Assembly (NCBI RefSeq): GCF_963921235.1 | Contig: NC_086097.1 | Coordinates: forward strand, 163,806,001 to 163,870,000 | Reading direction: 5' to 3' | DNA length: 64,000 nucleotides | DNA from: Mobula hypostoma | Taxonomy: Eukaryota | Shown: one piece after another, positions 1 through 10,797 of the stretch | How the letters are laid out: each line of letters begins with the position of its first letter | Numbering within the stretch: position 1 is the first letter of the stretch | Notes under the pieces: generated by a model | The model's database searches: none | The model's input: the letters and a program-made list of their open reading frames with translations, nothing else | What the model was told of the DNA's origin: nothing | Made by a program: the position numbers and the translations under genes

Positions 1-895
1 TAAGTAATATTGAGAACATGAGTTGTAGAGTCCTTGAAAGTGAGACCATAAGTTATGGAATCAGCTCAGTGCTGGGGTGAGTGAAGTTTTCCACTCTGGT
101 TCAGGAGCCTGATGGCTGAGAGGTAATAACTGTTCCTGAACCTGGTGGTGTGGGACCCAAGGCTCCTGTAACTCCTTCCTGATGGCAGTAGTGAGTGACA
201 GCATGGCCTGGATGGTGGGGGTCCTTGATAATGGAAGCTGCTTTCCTGCGACAGCGCTCCTTGTAGATATGTTCAATATCTTTACCAGTGATGGACTGAG
301 CTGTATCCATCACCTTTTGTATGCTTTTCTGTTTCCATATCAGCTAGTGATGCAACTAGTCAGTATACTTTCCACTGTGTATGTATAGAAGTTATTCAAA
401 ATTTTAGATGACATGCCAAATATCTGCAACCATCTAAGAAAGTAGAGGCAGTTTTGTGCCTTCTTTGTAATGACACTTGCGTGTTGGACCCAGGACAGAT
501 TCTTTGAAATGACAATACCGAGGATTTTAATGTTACTGACCTTCCACCTTTGATCCCCTGATGAGGACTGGCTCATAGATCTCTAGTTTCCTCCTCCTGT
601 AGCTCTTTGGTTTTGCTAATGTTAAGTGAGTTGTGGTGGCACCATTCTGCCAGATGTTCAAACTCCCTCCACGTGCTGATTTGGACTTACAACAGTGGTG
701 TCGTAAGCAAACTTAAGTATGGTATTGGAGCTGTACTTAGCCACACAGTCATAAGTGTAAAGTGATTAGAGCAGGGGGCCTTGTGGTGCACCTGTGCTGA
801 TGGAGATTGTCGAGGAGATGTCGTGCCAATGAGAACTAACTGGGGTCTGTTAATAGGAAAATTAAGGATCCAGTTGCACAAGGATGTATTGAGGA
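1..895 (-). mobile_element. Rex1/Babar-type LINE, decayed 3' portion
   Basis: Minus-strand ORF fragments NTSLCNWILNF, KKAQNCLYFLR, VESILTSCIT and AASIIKDPHHPGHA are typical of the Rex1/Babar RT C-terminus; frameshifted. Confidence 0.8.
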
Positions 896-1299
896 CTCTC
901 ATGAGAGGCTTATCCAGAAGATTAAGATGCATGGAATCCATGGTGCAAGGGCCATTTGGATTCAGAATTGGCTTGCATGTAGAAGATAGAGGGTAGTAAT
1001 CAATGGGGGCTTACTCTGGCTGGAGTCCTATGACTGGTGGTGTTCAGCAGGGATCCAGACTGGTGGTGTGAATAGAGTAGAAAACTGGCGAAGGAGACAT
1101 CAATTGCTGTTATTGGTGGAGAACAGCCGATAGAGTTTAACCCAGCCATATGTGAGGCGTTGCAAATGTAAAGGGAGAATACACTATTAATGGCAAAATG
1201 TTATTAGTGTTGATGTGCAGAGGTCTTGGAGCACAGATCTATGAAAATGACGACACTGGTTGACAGGGATGTAAAAAGGCCTATGGCATGCTCACCTTT

Positions 1300-1795
1300 A
1301 CTGGTCGAGGAAATGAGAAAACGATTTGGGAAGTTCCTTAGCATTGGCTGCATTGAGCTTCCGTGCACCCTTCATTACACCCTTCAGTACATACACCAGC
1401 ATCCTGGACTGAGCCTGTCTGCAGCTTCCCTTATAGACATCTCGCTGTGTGAGAAGACCAACAGGTTTTGGGCAGGCCAAGGAGCATCCTTCACTGAGTC
1501 GATGTCTCATTGTGTGTCCCTGGGAACAGCCCGAAGATCAGGCTGTTAGACAGCCGCTGAGGATGAACTGGAACACAGACACTTGCTTCCTCCTCCACAC
1601 TCTCTTAGCAAACCCGTAGTCTGCAAAGAGGTGGGTGACCATCTCCAGACGGCAACGTATGCTGGGGGGTGACATGTCATCTGTAAAGGAAGGCACTTCG
1701 TACCACCAGCCTAGTGAAATCTTAGTGCTCGTTGGTTAGATCTGGCAATACGACATTCTGCCAGATGATTTGGGCCGTCTGCTTTGGTGAACAGC
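1300..1795 (-). mobile_element. L1/Tx1-clade LINE fragment (ORF2 C-terminal zinc-finger region)
   Basis: Minus-strand translations IWQNVVLPDLTNEH*DFTRLVVR, VTHLFADYGFAKRVWRR and LIFGLFPGTH resemble the zf-RVT C-terminus of Tx1 elements. Confidence 0.6.
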
Positions 1796-2249
1796 ATTGT
1801 CTGTTGAAGGGCCTGTTTCTGTGATGTTCTGTGTTCAACGTATACAATGCACAGCTCACGAGCATTTCCCAACCCTCTTGGCAAAGCCAAAAGGTAAGAA
1901 GATCCACAATATTTATTTCAATAACTGCGAGGTAACGTTGCAGCTCTGTAAAACTCTGGTTAGACCACACTTGGCGCATTGTGCTCATTCCTGGTCACCT
2001 CATTATAGGAAGGATGAAGAAGCTTCAGAGAGGGTGGAGAGGAGGTTTGCCGGGATGCTGCTTCGATTAGAGATTATGTCTTATGAGGAATGACTGAGTG
2101 AGCTAGGGCTTTTCATTTTGGAATAAAGAGGGTGAACGGTGTACAAGATGATCAGAGGCATAGAGAGAGTTGACACCTTTTGCCAAGGGCAGAATGGCTA
2201 ATATGAGAGGGCATAATTTTAAGATGTTTGAAGTGGGGGCATTTATTTT

Positions 2250-2535
2250 ATTTAGTGATACACCGTGGAGTTGGCCCTTCTGGCCCTTCGAGCTGTGCTA
2301 TTCCAGCAACCTTTGACAAACACTATTAACCCAAACCAAATTACGGGACAATTTACAATAACCAGTTAACCTATCCAGTACATCTTTGGACTGTGGGAGG
2401 AGACCAGGGGACTCCAGGAAAACCCACACATTCCATGGGGAGTAAGTATGGAGACTCCCTACAGAACTGTGCCAGAATTGAGTTCCAAACTCTGGAATGT
2501 CCCAAGTTGTAATACCGTCACGCTAACTGCTATGT
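2250..2535 (-). mobile_element. V-SINE/HE1-like SINE inserted in CR1
   Basis: Reverse-complement V-domain-like core (ctttggactgtgggaggagaccag...ccaggaaaacccacac). Confidence 0.6.
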
Positions 2536-2919
2536 CAGTGTTAGTTTTTCACACAGAGAATGGTGTGTGCGTGGAATGTACTGCCAGGTGTGGAGAGGAA
2601 GATAAATTAGAGACAATTAAGAGACTCGTGGATAAGCATATGTATGAAAACAAATTGAGGGCTATGTAGGAGGGAATCAGTACATTGATCCTGCAGTAGG
2701 TTAAAAGGTTGGCTCAACATCGTGGGCCAAAAGGCCTGTACTGTACCGTTCCATGTCCTAATGTCCTCTTCAGAATGCCTGGCTTATGAATCAACATAGA
2801 AATTTTATAAACATTTATCAAGCACTCTGTTGGTGTTGTCTTCTTTTAACATGTATTTGTAGTTGTCATGGAAACTATTTTTGCTTACTGCTGCCCTCTA
2901 GTGACCAGATGATTCAGTT

Positions 2920-3560
2920 TTAGAGTCACAGGGTCATAGAACATAACAGCACAGAAACAGGCCCTTCTACCCATCTAGTCCATGCTGAAGCATGAATTTA
3001 TCTTGTCCCATTGACCTGCACCTGGATCATAGCCCTACAAATCTGAACAAAATACTCCAAGTTAGCCTTCACCAATATTTTACACAATTTCAACATAACA
3101 TCCCAACTCCTGTACTCAATACATTGATTTATGTATCTCTATCTACCTGTGACACCAGTTTCAAGGAACTATCAATCAGTATTCCCACTGCAAGCTTTGA
3201 TCGTCTTCCTCGCTGTCCACTACACCCCCCCCCCATTCTTGTCATCGTCAAATTTGCAGATCCAGTTTACCACATCATCATCCAGATCATTGATATAAAT
3301 GACAAACAGCAACAGAACTAGCACTGATCCCTACAGCACACTTCTAGTGACAGGCCTCCAGGCAGAGAGGCAACTGTCTACAATACTTTCTGACTTCTCC
3401 AGGGAAGCTAATGTCTAATCTAGTTAGTACTTGATCTGGAATGCAAAGTAATTGAACTTTCTTGACTAACCTCCCATGCAGGACCTTGGCAAAGGGTCTT
3501 GCTAAAGTCCATGTAGGCAACATCTACTTCTTTGCCTTCATCAACTTTCCTGGTAACTTT
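2920..3560 (-). mobile_element. CR1 LINE fragment
   Basis: 3' end catagaacataacagcacagaaacaggccc; reverse-strand RT remnants (gtcatcgtcaaatttgc = KFDDD; cttgctaaagtccatgta = YMDFSK). Confidence 0.7.
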
Positions 3561-4169
3561 AGCAATATAATTTTCACTAAACAGTTTGCTGCTTGTTTTT
3601 TTTTGTTCACTGGAGCAAGTTTAACCTGGGCCTGAATTTTATGTCAAAATAACAAGGCTAAAGTACACACAATTGTTTATGTGCAAGTTACAGAGCCTCT
3701 TCAGTTCGCATTCGGAATTTGCTATCCATATTTTCCTTCTGCACCACGTTCTCCTGCCTTCATCCTGTAACTTTTAACACCCTTGCTAACTAAGCACCTA
3801 ACAACCTCTGCTTCCGGCCTTCACAGCCATCTGAGGCAATGAATTCCAGAGTCACGATCATGTGGCTAAATTATTCTGTGGCTCTGCCCTCTGGATCTAG
3901 AGTCTTACCAATGACCAAGTCCTTCCAATTCACTGGTTGCTGTACAATGTTTTTAATACATTAGAAGGAGTAGAGATTGTACGGAGTGAATGGATGTGTT
4001 CGGGCAAGTTAACCTGTTGACTCAGAACTTCAATCTAATCTAATCTAAAAATTTGCATGTTATAATTCATCACACCAGATTTATACATATATTAGTGTAA
4101 ACAAATAAAACTATGTTGGAGTGATATGTTAGTAATATTGCTAATTCATTAAGAATTAAGATTCATTAA

Positions 4170-4930
4170 GAAATCCTTGTCCTGGGCCCAGCACATAGTG
4201 GAGTTATAAAGAAAGCACGGCAGCACCTCTATTTCCTTAGAAGTTTGCAAAAATTCGGCACGACATCTAAATCTTCGATGAACTTCTGTAAGTGTGTGGC
4301 AGAGAGTAAATTGACTGGTTGTATCATGGTCTGGTATGGAAATACCAATGCCCTTGAATGGAAAATTCTACAAAATTTAGTAGATACAGCTCAGTCCATC
4401 ACAGGTAGAGCCCTCCCTATCATCGAGCACATCTACACAAGGTGCTGTCGCTGGAAAGTGAGATCCGTCATCATGGACCCCCACCACTCAGGCCATGCTC
4501 CTTTCTCACTGGTGCCATCAGGAGGGAGGACTCACACTAGCAGGGTCAGGAACAGTTATTATCCCTCAACCATCAGGCTCTTGAACAAGTGGGGATAATT
4601 TCTCTCAACTTCACTCGCCCCTTCACTGAACTGTTCCCACAACCTATGGACTCTCTTTCGGAGACTCTTCATCACATGTTCTTGATATTTATTGCTTATT
4701 TATTTATTTATTTATTATTATTATTCCTTATTTTATTTTTCTTTTGTACTTGCACAATTTGTTGTCTTTTGCACATTGATTGTTTGTCTGTCTGGTTGAG
4801 TACAATATTTCATTGATTCTATTACGGTTCTTGGACTTACTGAGTATACCTACAAGAAAACGCATCTCTGGGTTGCCAGTGGTGACACACACGTATGTAC
4901 TTTGATAGTAAATTTGCTTTGAACTTTGAA
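4170..4930 (+). mobile_element. Rex1/Babar LINE 3' fragment
   Basis: ORF 4245-4598 (ESKLTGCIMVWYGN...HHSGHA...NSYYPSTIRLLN) followed by a 3' UTR ending in a tttgaactttgaa tail. Confidence 0.8.
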
Positions 4931-7663
4931 TCTAAATATCCCTGGATCCTGAACTTAACCTAGCACACAAGAACCAAGAAAGAGGACCACCAGACCCCTG
5001 GAGCCTGCCACTATTCAATATGACCTTGGTGCTTTATGCCAGCCCCAACTGTGTCAGCTCCCCATTACCCTCAATTTCAAATATTAATCTAATTCCATTT
5101 TAATGATTTCTAAAAATCTGTCCTCCACCCATCCTCTGTGGCAGTGATTTCCTGTGATTCACTACATTTTGAGAGAAGAAATCGCATCTCAATTTTGAAT
5201 GATTGGCCCCTTAATTTGTATCTATGTTCCCTTGTTTGTGACTCTTCCACTTGTGAATACATATCAATATCTCCCACCGTCAAACCCCGTTTGGATCTCC
5301 TAGATTTGAATAATTTCACACCTCATGCTTCAAAATATCAAAGTATACAGATTCAGACTGTCTTGCCTCTTTTGAAAAGAAAACCCTCTTATCCCAGGAC
5401 TTGACCTGTTGAGTCTTCTTCATACTGGCTTCTACTTTCCAATTTCAGTCTTAATTGGGGTTCCATCATGCTTAATTATCATTTATTTGATCCTTTCCAT
5501 TACCCCTTTCCAAGTATTGGTTCTTTCTATTCTCCACATCTAAGCACTTCCTAGCCTGGAATATCTAATTATTCTTGCTCTTGCATAGACGTGTAGGTTC
5601 CTTCAAGTGGAGAGTTGGATCATTTAATAGCTAAGATCATTCTGTCCCATGTGAACGACCAAAGTGTACTTGAGATGAAGAAATGCATTTTATATACAAT
5701 CTGGTCTTTATGCATAGGAATCAACTGCACTCTCAGTGATGTTCTGCTCTAAAACATTTACTTTTGAGGCACAGGAACACTATAATTAGCATTAGAGCAT
5801 GAATATATAACATGGGTTACATTATCCTGAGCGACTGCGAAATTAAAAACATATTATCACCAATTTAAACAAAGTTATATTTTAGTGATGAGAATTTTTA
5901 GGCCAATGTTGCATTACAGTTCCAGCATTCTTCCTTCTGTTTTTAATAAAGTTTGATTTGAGCACTTTGCCCATGGAGAATAAATCAGTGCCTTTCTACA
6001 TTTATGGCGCAAAACTTTTAAAAAAGTAATTATTTCAAATCCTCTCTTCTCAAAGCTATTAAAGTGCTGAATTCAACAAGGCGGGTAAGGAGAAGTAATA
6101 ACTGATTTTTATCAACTGCACCTTTTTTGTAGCACTTGTTAAAATTTTTAAGCTGCATTGTTAGAAGGTACTCTTTGCGATTTGGAGAGGAGACGTTGCA
6201 TTTAGATTATAATTAAAAGCACTGGTATTAAGCAGGTGAATGTCAGCCACTGCTAGCTGTACTATTTTTCCTGCTCAGTGGCTAGGACTTCAGAGCAAAG
6301 CAGGGCTTACACGTGTTATGGGCAGCAAGCTCCTGTGGAGGAAGGATGCTCATTGTCTTCATTGCAAGTGGACTGCATTACAAATCAAAGCCTAACCCTC
6401 TGGGGATAGAAACTAATAAAACACAGTCTATTTCAAATCACTGTTACAATGAGGATTAATTGATATAAGTGTTAAGGCTCTGCAGGCTTTTCTGTGGGAT
6501 CTAATTTGCAAATTAAGAGGTGGTCTAACACCACAGTTCCTGGTTGAGAAAGCAATCCTCTCTACTATCTAGATGTAATAAAATGCATATGATTGTTGAA
6601 TGATCAGGAAATAAGCAATTATTTGATGTGCTTTCAATTTATGCTCTGTGCCCAAAGCCATTTGTCCCTCATATTTGGAAAAAAAAGTTATTTCAGGGCT
6701 AAATTCTGTTAGAATAACTCTTGTTTTCACTCATCATACATTGCAGTTGGTAAGACTGCATGTTGCATGTTTTTTGTTGCATTTCGGTATTAGAGTCAAA
6801 TTCATAGTATGCTTTGAAATAACATTAATTTAAAGTCAAAGGAACCCTTCAACGATGAAGGTTATTAAAGGAACCTCTGTCTGGCTTACCATATGTGATT
6901 AATAATATCATAGTTTCTTATTGATCTATCTTATTATCAGAACTATGCATAGATTCTCTTCTAATTTTATTGTAGTTAAAGCTTCCCAGTAGTTGGGACT
7001 GAAGTTTCAATTGTTGCATTGGGATATAATTAGATGTTATTGGAACACAGAATTTAAAATATTTGTTATGTTGAAGTGAGAATATTGGGAAGGCTTCACT
7101 TTCCAGTGCTGGATGTGAGCAGACTTAAATTCAGTTTTCCTTTCTCTTATCTAGTTTTACTATCTCCTGCTCCCAAGATCTACATTTTTATTCTTGCTTC
7201 TGGAATAGTTTGTTCAGGGGTTATTTTGTTTTACATATTCACGGGACATGAACGTCACCAATAATGGTTACTGCCCACCCCAATTTTTCCTAATTGATTC
7301 TTTTGTGGGCAGTTACAAACTAGTCACATTGCTGTGGCTCCTGGTCATATGTAGGTCAAACAGGGTTCCTCACTTGACAAACACTGATGAACCAGAAGGC
7401 TTTTTAACCACAGTCCTGTGGTTTGATGGTAGCCATTATCATTTCATATTTATCTAATTGCTCGAATTTAACTTCCACATCTGCTATAGTGATATTTAAA
7501 ACTAGTGCCTCTGGATCAATAGAGCAATCCTTCTGAGAGACAAATGGCAGAACTTTCACCAAAAGAAAACAGTGGTAAACCTGTCCTGGTGTTCCCACAT
7601 AAATGCTACATCCCTAAACTGGTGATGGTTTTATCCTGCTGGTTACCCCTGTGTTGCTGTAGT

Positions 7664-7742
7664 AATACTCACAACACGCTGGAGGAACTCAGCAGTTCGG
7701 GCAGCATCCGTGGAAAAGATCGGTCAATGTTTCGGGCCGAAA
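7664..7742 (-). repeat. Orphan Penelope terminal segment (truncated within the ribozyme region) fused to a Rex1-like 3' tail
   Basis: Near-identical reverse complement of 35237-35308 (cccgaaac...ccacggatgctgcccga...gagttcctccagc...gttgtgag). Confidence 0.7.
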
Positions 7743-8059
7743 GGCAGCTCCTACCCCACTGATACAAAATTATTGAACAGTTTCCGAGGACAACAAATGG
7801 AGGTTGAGTTCGTGATCTACCTCATTATGGCCTGCACCTTATTGTCTACCTGCACTACTCATTCTCTTAACTGTAACATTATTACAGTAACTGTTAACAT
7901 TTTCTCTTGTACCACTTCAATGCACGCTGGTAATGAAATGATCTGCAGGGATGACATGTAAAGCAAAGTTTTTCACACTTGCTCAGTACTTGTGACAATA
8001 ATAAACTGATTTTCCCATTGTCAAGTTAATGTTACCTTTTGTAAACTGTCATTCATATA

Positions 8060-8118
8060 CAGTGGTACCTCCATGTTTCTTATATGTTGACATGCATATT
8101 GACATGTAAGTTCCACTG
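8060..8118. mobile_element. 59-bp Tc1/mariner(pogo)-type mini element
   Basis: TA|CAGTGGTACCT...AAGTTCCACTG|TA: imperfect terminal inverted repeats flanked by TA on both sides. Confidence 0.5.
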
Positions 8119-8135
8119 TATGTAGGATTTCTACA

Positions 8136-9362
8136 GAACTGCTAAGGACTATGTTGGCAAGTAAATCACAGGTATTGTTTGCGAATAACAATGGACAAGT
8201 GTGAGTGGCTTATTTAAGTTATGAAATTGATAGGATGGGGTGGGACTCCACCATGTTAGAAGGTTTAAATGTAATTAAGAGAATAGTAAACCCATCAGGA
8301 TAAGGCACTGCTTAATTTTTAAGAATATGATCATTTTCATGAGATATAAAGGACCCGAAGACTTCATTGTTAATGGATCAAAATTTAAGTTGATGATCAC
8401 TTATTAGAAAGAAGAAAAAAGGCTTAATTTCCACTTTAAATTGTTCTTGTTACTATGTGCCATTGCCCAAAGGATTATGGAGATCTGCCATCTATGGATT
8501 TCATATGGGTGCTTTCATGTGAGTTATATGGGTATAAATTAATATTGTTAAACCTTATTTCCTCAGATCCACCTACTCCGATTGCCCCACCTCAGATTAA
8601 TTCTGTTGGTGCTACGTACCTGTGGATCCAGCTTAACGCAAACTCCATCAGTGGGGACGGGCCTATCATCCAACGTGACATTGACTACCGCAGCACATCT
8701 GGGAGCTGGGCAGACATACAGCCAGTGGACAGCCATCAGTACAAAATTGGCCACCTGGACCCTGACACCGAGTATGAAATCCGAGTTCTCCTCACCCGAC
8801 CCGGAGAAGGGGGAAGGGGAGCTCCTGGCCCTGCCCTCAGAATGAAAACAAAGTGTGGAGGTAAGTCCTGGGAAAATTGGTGAAATGGTATCATTTGTTG
8901 TGGAAAAATTGCCCGTGAACTGTTCAGAACTACATTGGCAAGCAAATCAAGGTGGGATGGTAGGGGTTTTCTTTGTGGATAGCAATTGATGAGTAAGAGT
9001 GACTTTATTAACTCATGAAATTGATATAATGGAGCTGGAGCCTACCCCACTGGAAGGCTTAAGGATACTTAAGAGAACAGTATAGCAATCTTTAGATCAT
9101 GCCATGCTTATTTTTCAAGCATATGATTATTAGTGTGAGAAGTGGTGGGAAAAGAATAAAGGATGTGCAGATCTCATTGTTACTGCATAAATACTTAAGT
9201 TGATCTCTAGAGTAGAAATGTTTGATTTCTACTTTACTTCTATTTGTAAAGCTTCCCCTCTTTTAGCTGTGCCATTGTCCAAGGGATTAATGTGGATCTA
9301 CCAGTTATTAATTTCACATTGGTGCTTCTTTCTGAGTTATATAGACAATTGCCTAATATTGT
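8136..9362 (+). repeat. Diverged direct repeat pair flanking the exon (8136-8548 and 8917-9362)
   Basis: Colinear shared blocks: gaactg..ttggcaag(t/c)aaatca, atgaaattgata, ttaagagaa, atatgat, tcattgtta, ttaagttgat, tgtgccattg(c/t)ccaa(a/g)ggatta, ggtgctt, tgagttatat, aatattgt. Confidence 0.8.
8567..8860 (+). CDS. PTPRM: Internal exon of a receptor-type tyrosine phosphatase (type IIB, PTPRM-like), first FN3 domain
   Basis: Acceptor ccttatttcctcAG ends at 8566 and donor GTAAGT starts at 8861; 294 bp, phase 1-1. Translation (D)[97 protein letters not shown] resembles the PTPRM FN3 repeat 1 as I recall it ([29 protein letters not shown]). Paralogues PTPRK/T/U are not formally excluded. Confidence 0.92.
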
Positions 9363-10043
9363 GGCAACAGCTGCTTGAGCCCTTCGTTTGGTTAATCTTG
9401 CTCAGTTGTTTCTTCCTCTAATATTCCACACATATTTGCCTTAGATCACTGGTGCTCGGGATTTAAGACAACACCTGGTGCAGTAGGGCGTGAGGCTAAG
9501 AGTTAATTAAATAGGAAGCTGGCTGATCATAGGTGGTAATGGTGAAGATGGTATCACTACAGCTGGGCTCATGTGACTTCTAGAAATTTAATCCAAAAAA
9601 AGTACCAGGCTCTGAATTTTGTCACAAATCAGCATCATTATTGGAAAATGTAAGACGTTGAACAGAAATTTAGTTGGAAAGAGATTCTGACCATCCACTT
9701 TTTCATTGGCAAATGTCTTTTGTCAGACATACACTGTGAGAACGTTGTATAACATGGATGGTTTGACAAATACAGTACATTGCTGTTCTGCACAGATAGC
9801 ACTGCAAAAGAGCTCCGTAGAAACCGACCTGTATGTGCAACACAGAACAATAGGTTGTACAAATTTTAAAATAAGTTCAGGTGTGATAAATCGGAAGTGA
9901 AAGCAGAAAATATTGGAGATATTCTGTAGGACGAGCAGTGACAGGTTCTGATGAAAAATTGTTCCCCTTTTTGCTGCCTGACCTTCTATATCCACCATTT
10001 TCTGCTACATGGATGGGTACTGCTGTGTTCTGCTTTATGTATA

Positions 10044-10797
10044 TGTAGCCTGGGGAAGAATACACACACAGGACAACAAATACTTTTTTGGGTCTTAAAT
10101 TCTTTTACCTGTTTTAGATGTTTCATTGCAGAAAGAGGGTAACAAAATAAAAATGACAACATAAATTAAAACAGTTCTCGCTTTTACAATCTCAGTTTAA
10201 CTTCAGACCATACCCTTGTTACATATGTAGTATGAAAACAACTAAAACAAAATATACAAAACCATTATGGTAGTGGCAAATCTTAAAAAAAAGTACAAAC
10301 GATGTTAGAATCTTACCAACCCAGTACCTTATACACAACATCGAAAATATGAATAAATACATCTCATCTGAACTAAGAGATGTACTCACATTTGGCACAC
10401 ACGTGCTTAACTTCCAAACGCACATAGGCTAGACTTAGAAATGAGTTCTCCTCACTCACACTAGGTGAACAGAGATTAATACATTCACATTACTCTGTTA
10501 CATTCACATTAGGTCATGAAAAATAAAGAAAGGCAAATAAACTTTTACAATATATTGCCTTGTTGTTGAATTACTAAAAAAAACTAACCTAGTAGGTCAA
10601 TTAAGGAACTTCGCAATCATGCTATCCAGTGCTGATCAATCTAGAACATGGCAACTCTTCGTTCTATTCCACCCATGCAAAATGATGTCACCGTTTTCTC
10701 TTAAAGGCACAGGCAGCTATTTTTAGCATTACCAAGGTGAATATATAAGTGCAGTTTAACAATAAAAAAAAGGATATTCGACGGTCACCTGGTTACA
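10044..10797 (-). repeat. 3' LTR of the Gypsy element (~754 bp)
   Basis: On minus it begins TGTAACCAGG directly after a short purine run (GCAGGGGAAAA, PPT-like) and ends CCAGGCTACA, an 8/10 terminal inverted repeat. The left boundary is inferred from this; the 4-bp flanks (TATA vs TAAT) are not a perfect TSD. Confidence 0.65.

Larger units (their letters stand above)
897..2760 (+). mobile_element. CR1 LINE 3' fragment, interrupted by a Tx1 piece and a SINE
   Basis: Segments 897-1290, 1915-2240 and 2540-2760 align to the CR1 at 19-23 kb (tggattcagaattggcttgc, QLCKTLVRPHL, 3' end gggccaaaaggcctgtactgt). Confidence 0.75.

Noticed and set aside
8106..8111. GTAAGT as a relic donor of an upstream duplicate exon
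   Set aside because: It falls within the right TIR of the 59-bp mini element, and no exon-like sequence precedes it.
8455..8883. 142-aa ORF as a stand-alone gene
   Set aside because: Only 8567-8860 is homologous and bounded by splice sites; the flanks are intron read-through.
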